DNA of 62,746 bases, filler included, from Octopus bimaculoides (GCF_001194135.2; 5 parts of 4 records of this genome joined end to end with filler, not necessarily neighbours in it), one strand, 5' to 3'; positions 12,870 to 25,470 are shown, counted from the whole stretch's first letter. Numbers and translations are program-made. The notes: generated by a model not told the origin, from the letters alone.

Positions 12870-15800
12870 TGTTGGTCACATCTACTGCTCCCGCTGTAAC
12901 TTACTACAGTTACACATATATTGCTGAAGCTGTTACGGCAGCTTCTGCTAATATCTAGTGCTGCTGCTTATTACTGTTGCTGCTGTTGATGATGTTACTG
13001 TTACTCCTGCTGCTGCTGTTATTTCAAATGTTACCTAAATCTAACGCTGAAGATTTCGTGGCTGCTGTTACTTCTGCTGTACACATCTGCTGCAACAAGT
13101 GCTGCCGTATCACTAATACTGCTGTAACTTTGCAGTTACTGCTCACATCCATTGCTGCTGTTGCCCTTGCTGCAACTTCTTACATCAACTGCTGCTGTTG
13201 CTCACATCAACTGCAGCTGCTGTTGCTCACATTATCTAATGTTAGTGCTCATATATTAAGCTGCTGTTGTCCGCATACTCTGCTGGTGTTGCTTACATAA
13301 TCTGCTGCTGTTGCTCTCATCAATTGTTGCTGTTGGTCATATCAAACTTTTCTGCAGTTGTCCACATATTTTGCTGCTGTTGCTCACATTGTCTACTGTA
13401 GTTGCTGATATTATTCTGCTGTTGTCGTGAACTGTTGTTACTCACAAATTTTGCTGCTGTTGTCCACATATTTTGCTGCTGTTGCTCACATTGTCTACTG
13501 TTGTTGGTGATATTATTCTGCTGTTGTTGTGAACTGTTGTTACTCACAAATTTTGCTGCTGTTGTCCACATATTTTGCTGCTGTTGTTCACTTATTCTGC
13601 TGCTGTTGTTTACATCAACTTCTGCTGTTGCTCACATATTTTGCTGCTGATGTCCACATGTTCTACTGCTGTTACGACTGCATTTGTTATTGACAACTAT
13701 TGCAGCATCTATTACTACTTTTGTCTAATCTGATGCTAACGTTTATTATTTTTTATTTCTTTACTGCCCACAAGGGGCTACACACAGAGGGGACAAACAA
13801 GGACAGACAAACGGATTAAGTCGATTATATCGACCCCAGTGTGTAACTGGTACTTATTTAATCGACCCCGAAAGGATGAAAGGCAAAGTCGACCTCGGCG
13901 GAATTTGAACTCAGAACGTAGCAGCAGACGAAATACCGCTAAGCATTTCACCCGGCGCGTGCTAACGTTTCTGCCAGCTCACCACCTTTTTTTTTTTTAA
14001 GTGTCCCTGGGGTTAAACGGCACACCACAGTCAATGCGTGACTGAGATGCTTCCTATCCAGGATTTGATGTCATCTCCTATAAATGTTACTGGCAGAGAT
14101 GTAGTCATTAGAGAGGCTACCCTCCGTGGCTGGAGATACTGATGATAACGTTTATACTGCTGCAAGTAGTCACACCTAGTGTTGCAGCTGTTGAAGGTGC
14201 AGCTGTCGCAGTTGTAGCTTCTATTCCAGCTGTTACAAACATCGACTGCATGTGCTAGAGGAGCTGATGCTCACATATACTGCTGCATGTATTACTGCTG
14301 TTGTTGAAATCAGTTGCTTCTCTTATTGCTGCTGCTGCATTAACTGCTGTTGCTGACGTACATACCCTCTGCTACTGCTGCTGATGCTGCTATCTACTGC
14401 TATTTCTGCAGCTCCAGTTGTCCACATCTACTGCTTCTGTTATTGCATCTGTTGCACATATCTAACGCTTCTGTCGTTGCCGTTACTCATTCCAATGAGC
14501 TGCTATTTCTGCAGCTCCAGTTGTCCACATCTACTGCTTCTGTTATTGCATCTGTTGCACATATCTAACGCTTCTGTCGNNNNNNNNNNNNNNNNNNNNN
14601 NNNNNNNNNNNNNNNNNNNNNNNNNNNNNNNNNNNNNNNNNNNNNNNNNNNNNNNNNNNNNNNNNNNNNNNNNNNNNNNNNNNNNNNNNNNNNNNNNNNN
14701 NNNNNNNNNNNNNNNNNNNNNNNNNNNNNNNNNNNNNNNNNNNNNNNNNNNNNNNNNNNNNNNNNNNNNNNNNNNNNNNNNNNNNNNNNNNNNNNNNNNN
14801 NNNNNNNNNNNNNNNNNNNNNNNNNNNNNNNNNACTGCTATTTCTGCAGCTCCAGTTGTCCACATCTACTGCTTCTGTTATTGCATCTGTTGCACATATC
14901 TAACGCTTCTGTCGCTGCCGTTACTCATTCCAATGAATTGCTATTTCTGCAGCTCCAGTTGTCCACATCTACTGCTTCTGTTAACGCTGCTGTTGTTACG
15001 TTGCCCTCTACTGTCTCTCGCTTCTATTACTGTTGACAGCAACATCTGTTACTGATTTCTACCAATTTACACAGCTAAATATACCCACCGGATGAGCAAA
15101 AACCATCACCATACATATGTGGAACGCACTGATTGGCAGCCAAAATGCTAGGATTGCTGCTGCTGCTGCTCTTGCTGCTGGTGCAGTTCTTCATATCTGC
15201 TGCTGTCGTCGTTACTAACTCTAGCCTCATCATTGGTTCTTGTTTCTGCAGTATTGACTCTATCTCCTAATGACTCTGCTGCTGCTTCTGCTTCTGCTGC
15301 TACTGCTGCTACTGTTGCTTTTGGTATTGTTGTTCATTTCTGTTCCTACAGCACACATCCGCACCGACGGGCGATGCTATCATGTTTGCCTCAACTACTC
15401 TGCTGCAACTCACATCTGCTAATTTATCCAACATCTGCTGACATTGGCGATGTTGTTGATCATATCTAGAGCTTCAACTCATATCTGTTTCAACAACTCA
15501 CATCCGCTGGTGCTGCTCAGATACCCTGCAGTAATCGTCATCTACTGCTCTGGGATACATTTATTGAGATTAGTGATACTGCTAATCACATTTAGTACTG
15601 CAACTAACATCTTATATTACTACTACTGTTCACACATATTGCTACTGCTCACATCTGTTAATGCAGTTCAGATCTAATAATGTAGCTATACCTGATAATG
15701 CAACATACATCTGATAATGCGGCTCGTACTTGATATACATGATAATGCAGCAACATTCAAAAATGCAGCAATATCTGATAATATATTTGATAATGCTGCT

Positions 15801-16260
15801 CACCACTGATAATGTAGCTATACCTGATAACACAACACACATCTGATAATGCAGCTCATATCTGATACATCTAATGATGCAGCAATTCAAAAATGCAGCT
15901 ATATCTGATAATATATTTGATAATGCAGTTTACATCTGATAATGTAGCTATACCTGATAACACAACACACATCTGATAATGCAGCTCATATCTGATACAT
16001 CTGATAATGCAGCAACAACTGAAAATGCAGCTATATCTGATAATATAGTTGATAGTGCAACTCACATCTGATTAAGCAGTTAATATCTGATAGTACAACT
16101 CACAACTGATAATACAGCTCACACTTGATAATACCACTTATTTCTGATAATGCAGTTCACATACCATATTGCAACTCGCATCTGATAAAGTATCTCACAC
16201 CCGATAATTCAATTCACACCTGTTAATGCAACTCACTTCCTTATACCATACCTTATATCT
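12870..16260. repeat. Degenerate CTG/CACAT-rich satellite field with local higher-order repeats
   Basis: ~20-bp CTCACAT/CTGCTGTTG subunits throughout. 102-bp units at 13350-13585, 103-bp units at 14395-14960, ~131-bp units at 15676-16060. Confidence 0.8.
13754..13987 (-). mobile_element. SINE family A, full-length young copy (tail type 1)
   Basis: Reverse complement reads AAGGTGGTGAGCTGGCAGAAACGTTAGC...GAGTTCAAATTCC...GCCCCTTGTGGGCAGTAAAGAAATA. Nearly identical to 28841-29072. Confidence 0.85.
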
Positions 16261-17223
16261 GTTATGGTCGCTGATGTTACTGTGTACAATTAATATTTGC
16301 TACTCTTCTCAAAGCCACTCACAAACCTAACATCTCACATCTCAGTGCCGTGATTTATATCTCTTGCTCTTGCTGATTTTGTCTCAGTTCACATCTTTTG
16401 CTACCGATATAGTAGAAATCTAGAGTTAAAAAGAGAGATAGAGACAGGCAGAAAAAAAAAACGGAAAATGTCCCTTGTATTTGAAAACTATGAACTATAT
16501 TTTTAAAAAACATTTCACTTAATTTTTCCACAATTTAANNNNNNNNNNTATATATATATGAATAGAATGAACGATCACAATATTCGATCACTATATTCTA
16601 GTCAAAACCTCGATGAAGTCAATTTACATTTCATTCTTTCGATATCCTCTCGATAAGTAACATACCAGACCAGTGAGCTAGCCGAATTGTTCGATTCTTT
16701 AGAAGAGATTTGTTCTTGATGTCGCTGTTTTGCTTTGTTTTTTATTTTGTTGTTTTCTGTTTGTTTTTTGTTTTGTTTTGTTTTTTATTTTTGCGTTCTG
16801 AGTTCAAATTCTCCACTTCACAAGAGTCACATGAATAGAGTTGCTCTTACGAAACGCTGGCTTCCAACCTAATGAAATGGGGGAAAAAGACTCTGTTAAA
16901 ATAACGCAACTCCACATGGACAGTTCACAATCATTGACCTGTCTGCAAAACAGTGGTGCTGTGATCTGGATTTATTTAACTTCCAAGAATATCTTTAGAG
17001 CTTGAATATGACCGTTCGCCAACTGCACAATAAAGCCAACAGGCGAAGGTCGGTGCCTCTTTTATTTGAGGGCCTGTTCTCTACGGAAGAGGAAACTCCC
17101 CAACAGTTCAATAATACCAACTTCTAGTGCAAGCTACCAAAGAAACACGGATTCCAGAACCAAAAACTTTTAACCCATATTAAGTTAATCATCTCATCTT
17201 CCACAATCACAAAGTTTATGGCA

Positions 17224-17323
17224 NNNNNNNNNNNNNNNNNNNNNNNNNNNNNNNNNNNNNNNNNNNNTTAATTAATTAANNNNNNNNNNNNNNNNNNNNN
17301 NNNNNNNNNNNNNNNNNNNNNNN
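17224..17323. other. Artificial scaffold spacer N44-TTAATTAATTAA-N44
   Basis: Exactly 100 bp. The palindrome places TAA in all six frames. Identical spacers are at 25314, 40502 and 54925. Confidence 0.95.
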
Positions 17324-17401
<78 letters not shown>

Positions 17402-17962
17402 CTGTGTGTGTGTAGTATCATACCATTGTAGAATTCATTAGAATGTGGGTATTCCAGCATGCAGGATGCCGAGAACAGCCTGAAATGTATGGTCTGTAGC
17501 AAGCGACACAGCCTGAAAGACGCTTATTGTTCAAATCACAGATGGTCTAGTCAGGATTTCATTTCGGGTGGACTATGTCTTGCGATAACAACGCTCACAC
17601 ACATAGCCACCTACCCTCACCAGTGGCACCATTGGGATTGGGAACGAATTACATCTGATTAGGTCGAATGTAGTGAGCTGCCGGGTACCTCAGATATAAT
17701 CAAGATCTGTTCGCCAGCCCCATTGCAGAAGTGGTTTTATATCGAAGATTCCTTTCCCTAGACCGATCACCCTCCAGACTGACCACCTTCATCTCAGTTA
17801 AGCGATAGCTGGGACACTAACACGTGCTTCTACCATGGGTCAGAGTAGAGCTGGGAACACTAGTGGACAAGAGTTAGTTCGACACCCCTTAAAACTCAGG
17901 AACTTTCGTACCATGATACGTACCATGGTCCCCACTACCAGATGCAGTTTAAAGTCTTACCC

Positions 17963-18002
<40 letters not shown>

Positions 18003-18585
18003 GGTTTAGATATAGATTCAAGGTTGAATATGGTACTTATGCGTAGGCACCCGAATATCGTATCCCAAAAGGATAGGTGATCAAAATCAAAAAATAAGCA
18101 ACACGGATTTCAAAGGTGATTGCAGTACGCACGTTTCATGCTACTCCAATTTATTTATACATATATATATATATGCCGATATATACATACCTAAGCACCC
18201 TGTCCAATGTATGTTGTGGAACCACGATTTCTTTCAGTTCCCTTCTTTTCGCTCTTTCCTTTTCGTCTTTTATTTTAGACTGTTTATTATGGTCGTCACA
18301 GGACCCATAAATAATCATGATGGTGATCTGTGTATATTTTATAGATTCTGATTTCTGCCTTCAGAATGTGACTGATATCCTCTTAAATTCAACTTTTCTA
18401 ATAGCAAATTCGCTTCTGTTGCTATACACTTACCAAGCGGCTTAGTTCAAATTCGCTAGGTACCTATGTGATTATTTGTTAAACATCACCTGACGAGGGT
18501 AAATTTTTGGCTTGATGTCATCCGATAATCGGAGAATCCATCAATAAAAGATGCTACAAACATATATATATATATACAGAGAGAG

Positions 18586-18624
<39 letters not shown>

Positions 18625-18678
18625 GAGAGAGAGAACGAGAGAGAGACAGAACGAGAGAGAGAGAGAGAGAGAGATGTA

Positions 18679-18716
<38 letters not shown>

Positions 18717-19599
18717 TATATCTATCAAATTCTCTTATACACCAGATGTGCCATCAAAACTCTTGGTTGGACTATATCAGGTNNNNNNNNNNNNNNNNNN
18801 NNNNNNNNNNNNNNNNNNNNNNNNNNNNNNNNNNNNNNNNNNNNNNNNNNNNNNNNNNNNNNNNNNNNNNNNNNNNNNNNNNNNNNNNNNNNNNNNNNNN
18901 NNNNNNNNNNNNNNNNNNNNNNNNNNNNNNNNNNNNNNNNNNNNNNNNNNNNNNNNNNNNNNNNNNNNNNNNNNNNNNNNNNNNNNNNNNNNNNNNNNNN
19001 NNNNNNNNNNNNNNNNNNNNNNNNNNNNNNNNNNNNNNNNNNNNNNNNNNNNNNNNNNNNNNNNNNNNNNNNNNNNNNNNNNNNNNNNNNNNNNNNNNNN
19101 NNNNNNNNNNNNNNNNNNNNNNNNNNNNNNNNNNNNNNNNNNNNNNNNNNNNNNNNNNNNNNNNNNNNNNNNNNNNNNNNNNNNNNNNNNNNNNNNNNNN
19201 NNNNNNNNNNNNNNNNNNNNNNNNNNNNNNNNNNNNNNNNNNNNNNNNNNNNNNNNNNNNNNNNNNNNNNNNNNNNNNNNNNNNNNNNNNNNNNNNNNNN
19301 NNNNNNNNNNNNNNNNNNNNNNNNNNNNNNNNNNNNNNNNNNNNNNNNNNNNNNNNNNNNNNNNNNNNNNNNNNNNNNNNNNNNNNNNNNNNNNNNNNNN
19401 NNNNNNNNNNNNNNNNNNNATATATATATATATATATATACATATCGTAAACAAAATTATTGTTTTCCACACGGGTAGAAATATGACAAATCAAAGTTTA
19501 TATGACACTTGGATTTGTTTAGATTATTTTATTTTAAACGTTTTAAAGACTTAACCACTTTCACAGTTTACTCTGCTTTTCAATTGTCTAGATTCTGAT

Positions 19600-21790
19600 T
19601 GGAATTCATATGTGACCATATTTTTTGCGCCGAAAATCAAGGCTGCCACGGTTGAATGAACATGTCTCGTGACAGTTCCAAAGTGATGTTCTCAGATTTT
19701 ATCTGTCGAGTGGTAGAGTGGTCAAGAGACGCTTAATAGTTATGCTTTGTGTCTATGTATGCAGTTTGCAGTCATCAAATTTTGCTATTAAATATTCTTC
19801 TTTCTAATCATTTAACACTTGTGTACATCTAGAATCTGCCAGTTAGCAGTCAAGATTGTGTCCAAATTTTAGGTTGTTAGCTTTACAAATTCAACATCTC
19901 AAGCAGAAGAATGATTTTGTGTGTGAATAGTAGTTCTTGAATGTAGTTTCTTAAACTTTATGCAATCTTGGTTTGTACTTTTGGTAACAGAGAACACGAA
20001 GCATGGACCACGGTTTTCATGTTACCATCATCGTATTTATGTAGAATTACTGCTCCGATATCGTATTCACTGGCATCTGAAGGTAATACAATCGCCAATG
20101 CAGGATCGAAATGTACTAAAGACAAATCTGACGTTAAAACTTTTCATTTTGTCGAACACATTCTGACAATGTATGAAACCAATTCCACTTTATACCTTTT
20201 TTTTTTAGTAAATTATTTAGTGGTGCACTTACCTTGTCCATGTTTTGCATATAAATCTGATAATAGTTTGCAAGTCCCAAGACAGCTTGTAAAGTAGATA
20301 TATTTGTCGGGGTGGGGGCATACTTTTAAATGCATTTGCCCTCGATGGATCAGGTCGACAACCATTCATATAAGTGACTAGTCCTAAGTACTTAATTTTA
20401 GGCAAGAAAAATTTGTATTGCTTCTCACCCAGTTTGAAACTGTAACCTGTTTTTTTTTTTCATCTGATCACAGGATTCACTTTTAATTAATATATCATCC
20501 AGGTAAGTCATCGTGAATTCACATTCTGCAAGCATCGCACCCATCACTTCTTGGAATATAGCAGGAGCAACTTTTAGGGCAAAAGGAAACCGGTTAAATT
20601 TGTATAGATGTTTATGGGTATTAATTATTAGAGGCTCAGAACATTCGTCTTTCACCAGTATTTATAAGTAAAAATTAGAAAGATCTAATTTCCAGAACAA
20701 TTTACCACCATTTCGTTTCGAGGAGATTTCCTCTGGGCTAGGTAGTGGGTAGTTATACCGTCTTAAACATTCGCTTAGTCCATCGAGAAATATGCACCTA
20801 CCCGAAATTTATGGTTATTCTTCTTTACATACACTACTAGAGACACCCAATCTGAATAGGCCATTTTTTAATCACACCCCTTTTTCCAAGTCTGTCTAAT
20901 TCCTTATTCACTTGATTCAGTGCCGCAAATGATACATTACGTCTGGTTTTGAAACCTGGTAATAAATTTTCTTTCGCCTGAAATTTTGCTCAAAATTTGT
21001 TGCGCCGATCCAACCCATCCGACAAAAATAAAACGATCGAGAACAAATTTTTCACTTCTTTTTTAAAAGATCTTCTGACTCTATTTTAAGACTGGCGCAT
21101 TACCTCACTACATTTTTACAAAAAATATTTATGGGTAAATCCCATAAGTCGAACAGTTCCATCTAGTAAGTTCTAAAAAGGTTGCTTATATATTTTAATA
21201 CATAAGCTTTCGCTTTTATAGTCTTACAGCGATATGTATCGTTACAGATAATTTCGCCTTTAATTATTTTTGTAATACCCGAGACTCCACGTGCAATCAT
21301 CAAGGTTTTCTGTAGTGTAGGTTTTCTGATTGTTTTCCATGTGTTTTCATTAATTAATGTCACTACTTGTATCTAACAGTAATTTTACATTTGTATTATT
21401 AATTTTTACATACACAGATTTCCTTTGAATCTCGTTCGTATTTCTTGTCACCGATAAACTGTTTACATGATTTTTGCTGTTCAACCATTTTCTAGGTTTT
21501 GTTTTACACCGTGATATTTTATGACCTACCTTCCCACACTAGAAGCATTTTCGAGTTTTATAAGGACAGTCGAATCTGTAGTGTAATACCCCACATCCAA
21601 AACATGGCTTAATTTTCTGCTTTTCATTTCTTAATGTCGGTCGCACCGACCGTATATGAGAAAAGTTCCTTATTTCAGTTTGTTCCGTATCGTGCCTTAG
21701 GTTACGAATTTCTGCATCTTCTTTCGCCGTTAAAGCGACAGTTAAAACAACACACGTCGAACTAACACCGTCAGCTGTCACTCACTGTTT
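19600..21790 (-). mobile_element. Decayed Gypsy/Ty3 LTR-retrotransposon gag-pol
   Basis: Minus-strand translation gives, in Gypsy order, a gag knuckle (PCFGCGVLHYRFDCPY), protease (LLDTSSD), RT (INTHKHLYKFNRFPFALKVAPAIFQ...YLDD at ~20495) and RNase H (LTSDLSLVHFDP...SDASEYDIGAVILH). Many stops and frameshifts. No LTRs identified. Confidence 0.9.
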
Positions 21791-22783
21791 ACTCAGTTTC
21801 TATTTATTATCATCAGTTAGTCCACTTTCAGTCACATAGAGGTATTCAGGACTCTCCCATGACAGACAATGATTTAAGTCGGATGGATGCTGAACGTTTC
21901 TATTACGCCTGCATAAATGAATAGCAAACAGCCTTGGAGTGCTGGCCAGTTTAGTAGTGGCAAACTTTCTTTAAACCACCTCGGAACCATTTGCCAGAGG
22001 GTGAGCAGTGTAATGCTCGTGATGTACTGCTCACTCACTCGGAATGCAACTGAATACCTCCATTATCACATAAGATAAAGCAACCAAGATCCATGCACGC
22101 CACCTATGAGTTAAAAATTACAACCTTCCAGCTTTTAATGCCAGTATGATTCATTACTCTTCCATTTCCGTTGGCCTCCTTTGAACCTCCTTTTACCGTT
22201 CCAAGGGTCCAAGATCAATCTGCGCGCAAATTTGTTTTGTGTAGATAAAGTGTTGAGCTGTACTGAGCCCATTTTTCAACACACCCATATATAACACTAA
22301 TGGCACAAACGAAGTGGAGACAACCAGAAAAGCTACCACACTTCAAGTCTTTTTTATATATATATATATATATACGACTTTAGTTTCTTCTTGAAAGACG
22401 TTCTAACGACAATTAGTGATCCTTCATTCCCATTGGTTAAGAGTTTCTTACTCCAACTTCTTCCGTGAACGATGACTCAACTGAACTAATATGTCTTTTG
22501 ACAGAACTTGTCTATCGTCCTGCAAGTTGTACCATGAAAACCAACCTCCTTTCTTGATTGGGTTGGCGGTTTAGTCTCCGACGGACCGATCTTGCATCGA
22601 GTTACTCTGGACAAGGCATACATACACAGGAATATCTACCTTTAAAGTTGATTCGTTTTATAAGTGTCTAAACACAAACGTGGTCTTGTCGCATCAGTAC
22701 AAATGCCATTTGACTGGGGACACTATTTCGAAGGTCCCGGTATTCATACATAAAATAAATACTGTGGTTTCACATTGTTATTA

Positions 22784-23321
22784 TTGCTGTCGTGATCGAA
22801 CATGCTTACGGCACGCAAGTAGTTGCATAAAGGATGTGGCGCCTCCAAAATAGCCATCTTCTCAACGACACCATATCTTCGTTTATCTAAGGACTAGTCT
22901 ACACCCTCCAACACATAATGATGAATCCTATTGGATATGGTGAGACAGTCTCAATATATCACACAGTTTATACATAGTAACTTGGTTTACCCTGAGTATA
23001 TTTGTACGTCGTTTTGCCTTCTTTACTCTGTATTTTATGTGTGTTGCAAATGTTGTAAAGGAATGTATGTAACTCCTAGTACTTTGTTTCTTTGCTGTGA
23101 GTTTGCCATTTTTATGCTCTTGAGTGAGAAAATTCAGCATATTTGAGGTTCACTGGTGATTTCATTTGTTATTCTTGTACATCGTTGTTTCAGGTCTGGT
23201 ACAAGGAAGTAAGCGTTGCGTGATCCGACTATGAGAATCTTCATTGATTTTGTGGCGGGGTTGCGAGACAGCTATATGTTGAAAATGGAGGAGTCGACCA
23301 TTACATGCATACCTGTCAAAA
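22784..23321 (+). repeat. Copy 1 of ~540-bp local duplication
   Basis: Highly similar to 24753-25299 (offset 1969 bp). It runs into an N gap. Confidence 0.95.
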
Positions 23322-23781
23322 NNNNNNNNNNNNNNNNNNNNNNNNNNNNNNNNNNNNNNNNNNNNNNNNNNNNNNNNNNNNNNNNNNNNNNNNNNNNNNN
23401 NNNNNNNNNNNNNNNNNNNNNNNNNNNNNNNNNNNNNNNNNNNNNNNNNNNNNNNNNNNNNNNNNNNNNNNNNNNNNNNNNNNNNNNNNNNNNNNNNNNN
23501 NNNNNNNNNNNNNNNNNNNNNNNNNNNNNNNNNNNNNNNNNNNNNNNNNNNNNNNNNNNNNNCTATTAACATAATTCTCACATTTTCTGGCGTCTATTTT
23601 CTCTCGGTTGGAATATTTTTCTTCCGGCTAGTAGGACAGATTATTTTAACGATTTACATAACACTAATAAAATATTATAAAGAAGAATTTAAAATTTCTA
23701 TATTACTTTCTGATAGCATATCATGTCTTGTAATTGGACAACACGAATTTTCATAAGAAAGCGAATTCCGCTATACAGCCT

Positions 23782-24281
23782 TCAATATTTACTGCACACA
23801 ACACAGCTTAGTTCTCGACCATTTATATACGGTGGACATGGCAATGACCCACAAATACCCTGGACGAAATATAATAAAGCTCCATTTTCGTTTCTGTAAC
23901 CAGCTGCATCAGCTTCTGGTGCATAGTCCACACACACATATTCATGTCTGCCCTTATGGCTATTTCGCTCGGCCATCAAATATCCTGAATACTCAGTTGA
24001 CCAACCAGGATAGCACTCTGTCCTGGCTGGTAATATCATAACAACAGCAGGTTGGCGTGTCAAACAGACAGCACACGGAACGTTGTGTTGATGAAGTGAT
24101 TTCGCGTTAGCAAAAGAAAAGAGTTTATTAGTTGGGTACAGGCCTAGTTGATATTCACTGCCATAAATGAAACCACCCCCTTCAACTTTTGTAGAATAAT
24201 TGGCCCAAATGGGGTCGTTAGGTAAACATAAGAGATTACTTCCACCACCTGTTTAGTCATGCATTGATCCACCAACCACAC
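23782..24281 (-). pseudogene. Terminal exon of a short-chain collagen C4-like Cys-rich-domain gene with an in-frame TAA (pseudogene status unproven)
   Basis: Acceptor TTCTTACCAATTCCAG at 24282. Translation: (G)VVGGSMHD*TGGGSNLLCLPNDPIWANY...GSEYQ...HNVPCAVCLTRQPAVVMILPARTECYPGWSTEYSGYLM...EYVCVD...GALLYFV...CGSLPCPPYINGRELSCVVCSKY*. This is the motif and Cys pattern of the short-chain collagen C4-like family. TAA at 24253-24255. No upstream exon found. Confidence 0.8.
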
Positions 24282-24515
24282 CTGGAATTGGTAAGAATAT
24301 ATCAAGTCAATAAAATATAAAGTTAAGTTATATGTTAAATAAGAAAAACGTAGATTAAAAGAAATCCTTCAAAAGGAACTTTCAATGTCAATATTGCCAT
24401 AAATACGTTACGCAAGATTTCTCTATGCGTGATTAGATGTGTATCTTTGTGAGTTTGTGTGTGTGCGTGTGTATGTGTGTGTGCACGCGCGTGCGCAGCT
24501 AAAGCNNNNNNNNNN

Positions 24516-24749
24516 GGGGGACATTATTTTCGGAAGTCAGGAAGAGGTCGAAACTGACATTTCAGCGTTCTTCGCTTTGAAACCAAAATAGTTAAACATT
24601 GATGGGATTAAAAAGCTTGTAAATAGATGGAAGAAAGTCATAGATAATCAGGGAAAGTACATTGATGATTAAATTTCAATTAAATATAACATTTGATCAC
24701 TTGTTTTCTTTATTCAAAATTCGGACAGAACTTATAGGATGACCTGATA
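24516..24749 (+). mobile_element. Mariner transposon 3' end
   Basis: Translates to FGSQEEVETDISAFFALKPK*LNIDGIKKLVNRWKKVIDNQGKYIDD*, the mariner transposase C-terminus. A TIR-like end finishes in TA at 24748-24749. Confidence 0.8.
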
Positions 24750-24752
24750 TTT

Positions 24753-25313
24753 TTGCTGTCGTGATCGAACATGATTATGGCACGCAAGTAGTTGCATAAA
24801 GGATGTGGCGCCTCCAAAATAGCCATCTTCTCAACGACACCATATCTTCGTTTATCTAAGGACTAGTCTACACCCTCCAACACATAATGATGAATCCTAT
24901 TGGATATGGTGAGACAGTCTCAATATATCACACAGTTTATACATAGTAACTTTGTTTACCCTGAGTATATTTGTACGTCGTTTCGCCTTCTTTACTCTGT
25001 ATATTATGTGTGTTGCAAATGTTGTAAAGGAATGTATGTAACTCCTAGTACTTTGTTTCTTTGCTGTGAGTTTGCCATTTTTATGCTCTTGAGTGAGATA
25101 ATTCAGCATATTTGAGGTTCACTGGTGATTTCATTTGTTATTCTTGTACATCGTTATTCTTGTACATCGTTGTCTGGTACAAGGATGTAAGTGTTGCGTG
25201 ATCCGACTATGAGAATCTTCATTGATTTTGTGGCGGGGTTGCGAGACAGCTATATGTTGAAAATGGAGGAGTCGACCATTACATGCATTCCTGTCAAAAA
25301 TGATGAAGAGATC
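24753..25313 (+). repeat. Copy 2 of ~540-bp local duplication
   Basis: Matches copy 1 with scattered substitutions, a private short tandem duplication (GTTATTCTTGTACATC x2) and loss of TTCAG. It ends at an artificial spacer. Confidence 0.95.
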
Positions 25314-25413
25314 NNNNNNNNNNNNNNNNNNNNNNNNNNNNNNNNNNNNNNNNNNNNTTAATTAATTAANNNNNNNNNNNNNNNNNNNNNNNNNNNNNNN
25401 NNNNNNNNNNNNN
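25314..25413. other. Artificial scaffold spacer N44-TTAATTAATTAA-N44
   Basis: Exact 100-bp structure. Confidence 0.95.

Positions 25414-25470
<57 letters not shown>

Noticed and set aside
13350-16060. Regularly spaced repeats that might be read as a CRISPR array
   Set aside because: Contiguous tandem units without unique spacers, in a eukaryotic context with no cas genes.
12977-16065. Cys-rich or Gln/Asn-rich ORFs suggesting metallothionein-, keratin-associated- or prion-like proteins
   Set aside because: They are translations of the CTG/CACAT satellite, open in several overlapping frames. Unit lengths of 103 and ~131 bp are not multiples of three, and there is no splice context.
22002-22033. 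TGAGCAGT...ACTGCTCA hairpin
   Set aside because: An 8-bp stem is too short for a pre-miRNA and is common by chance.
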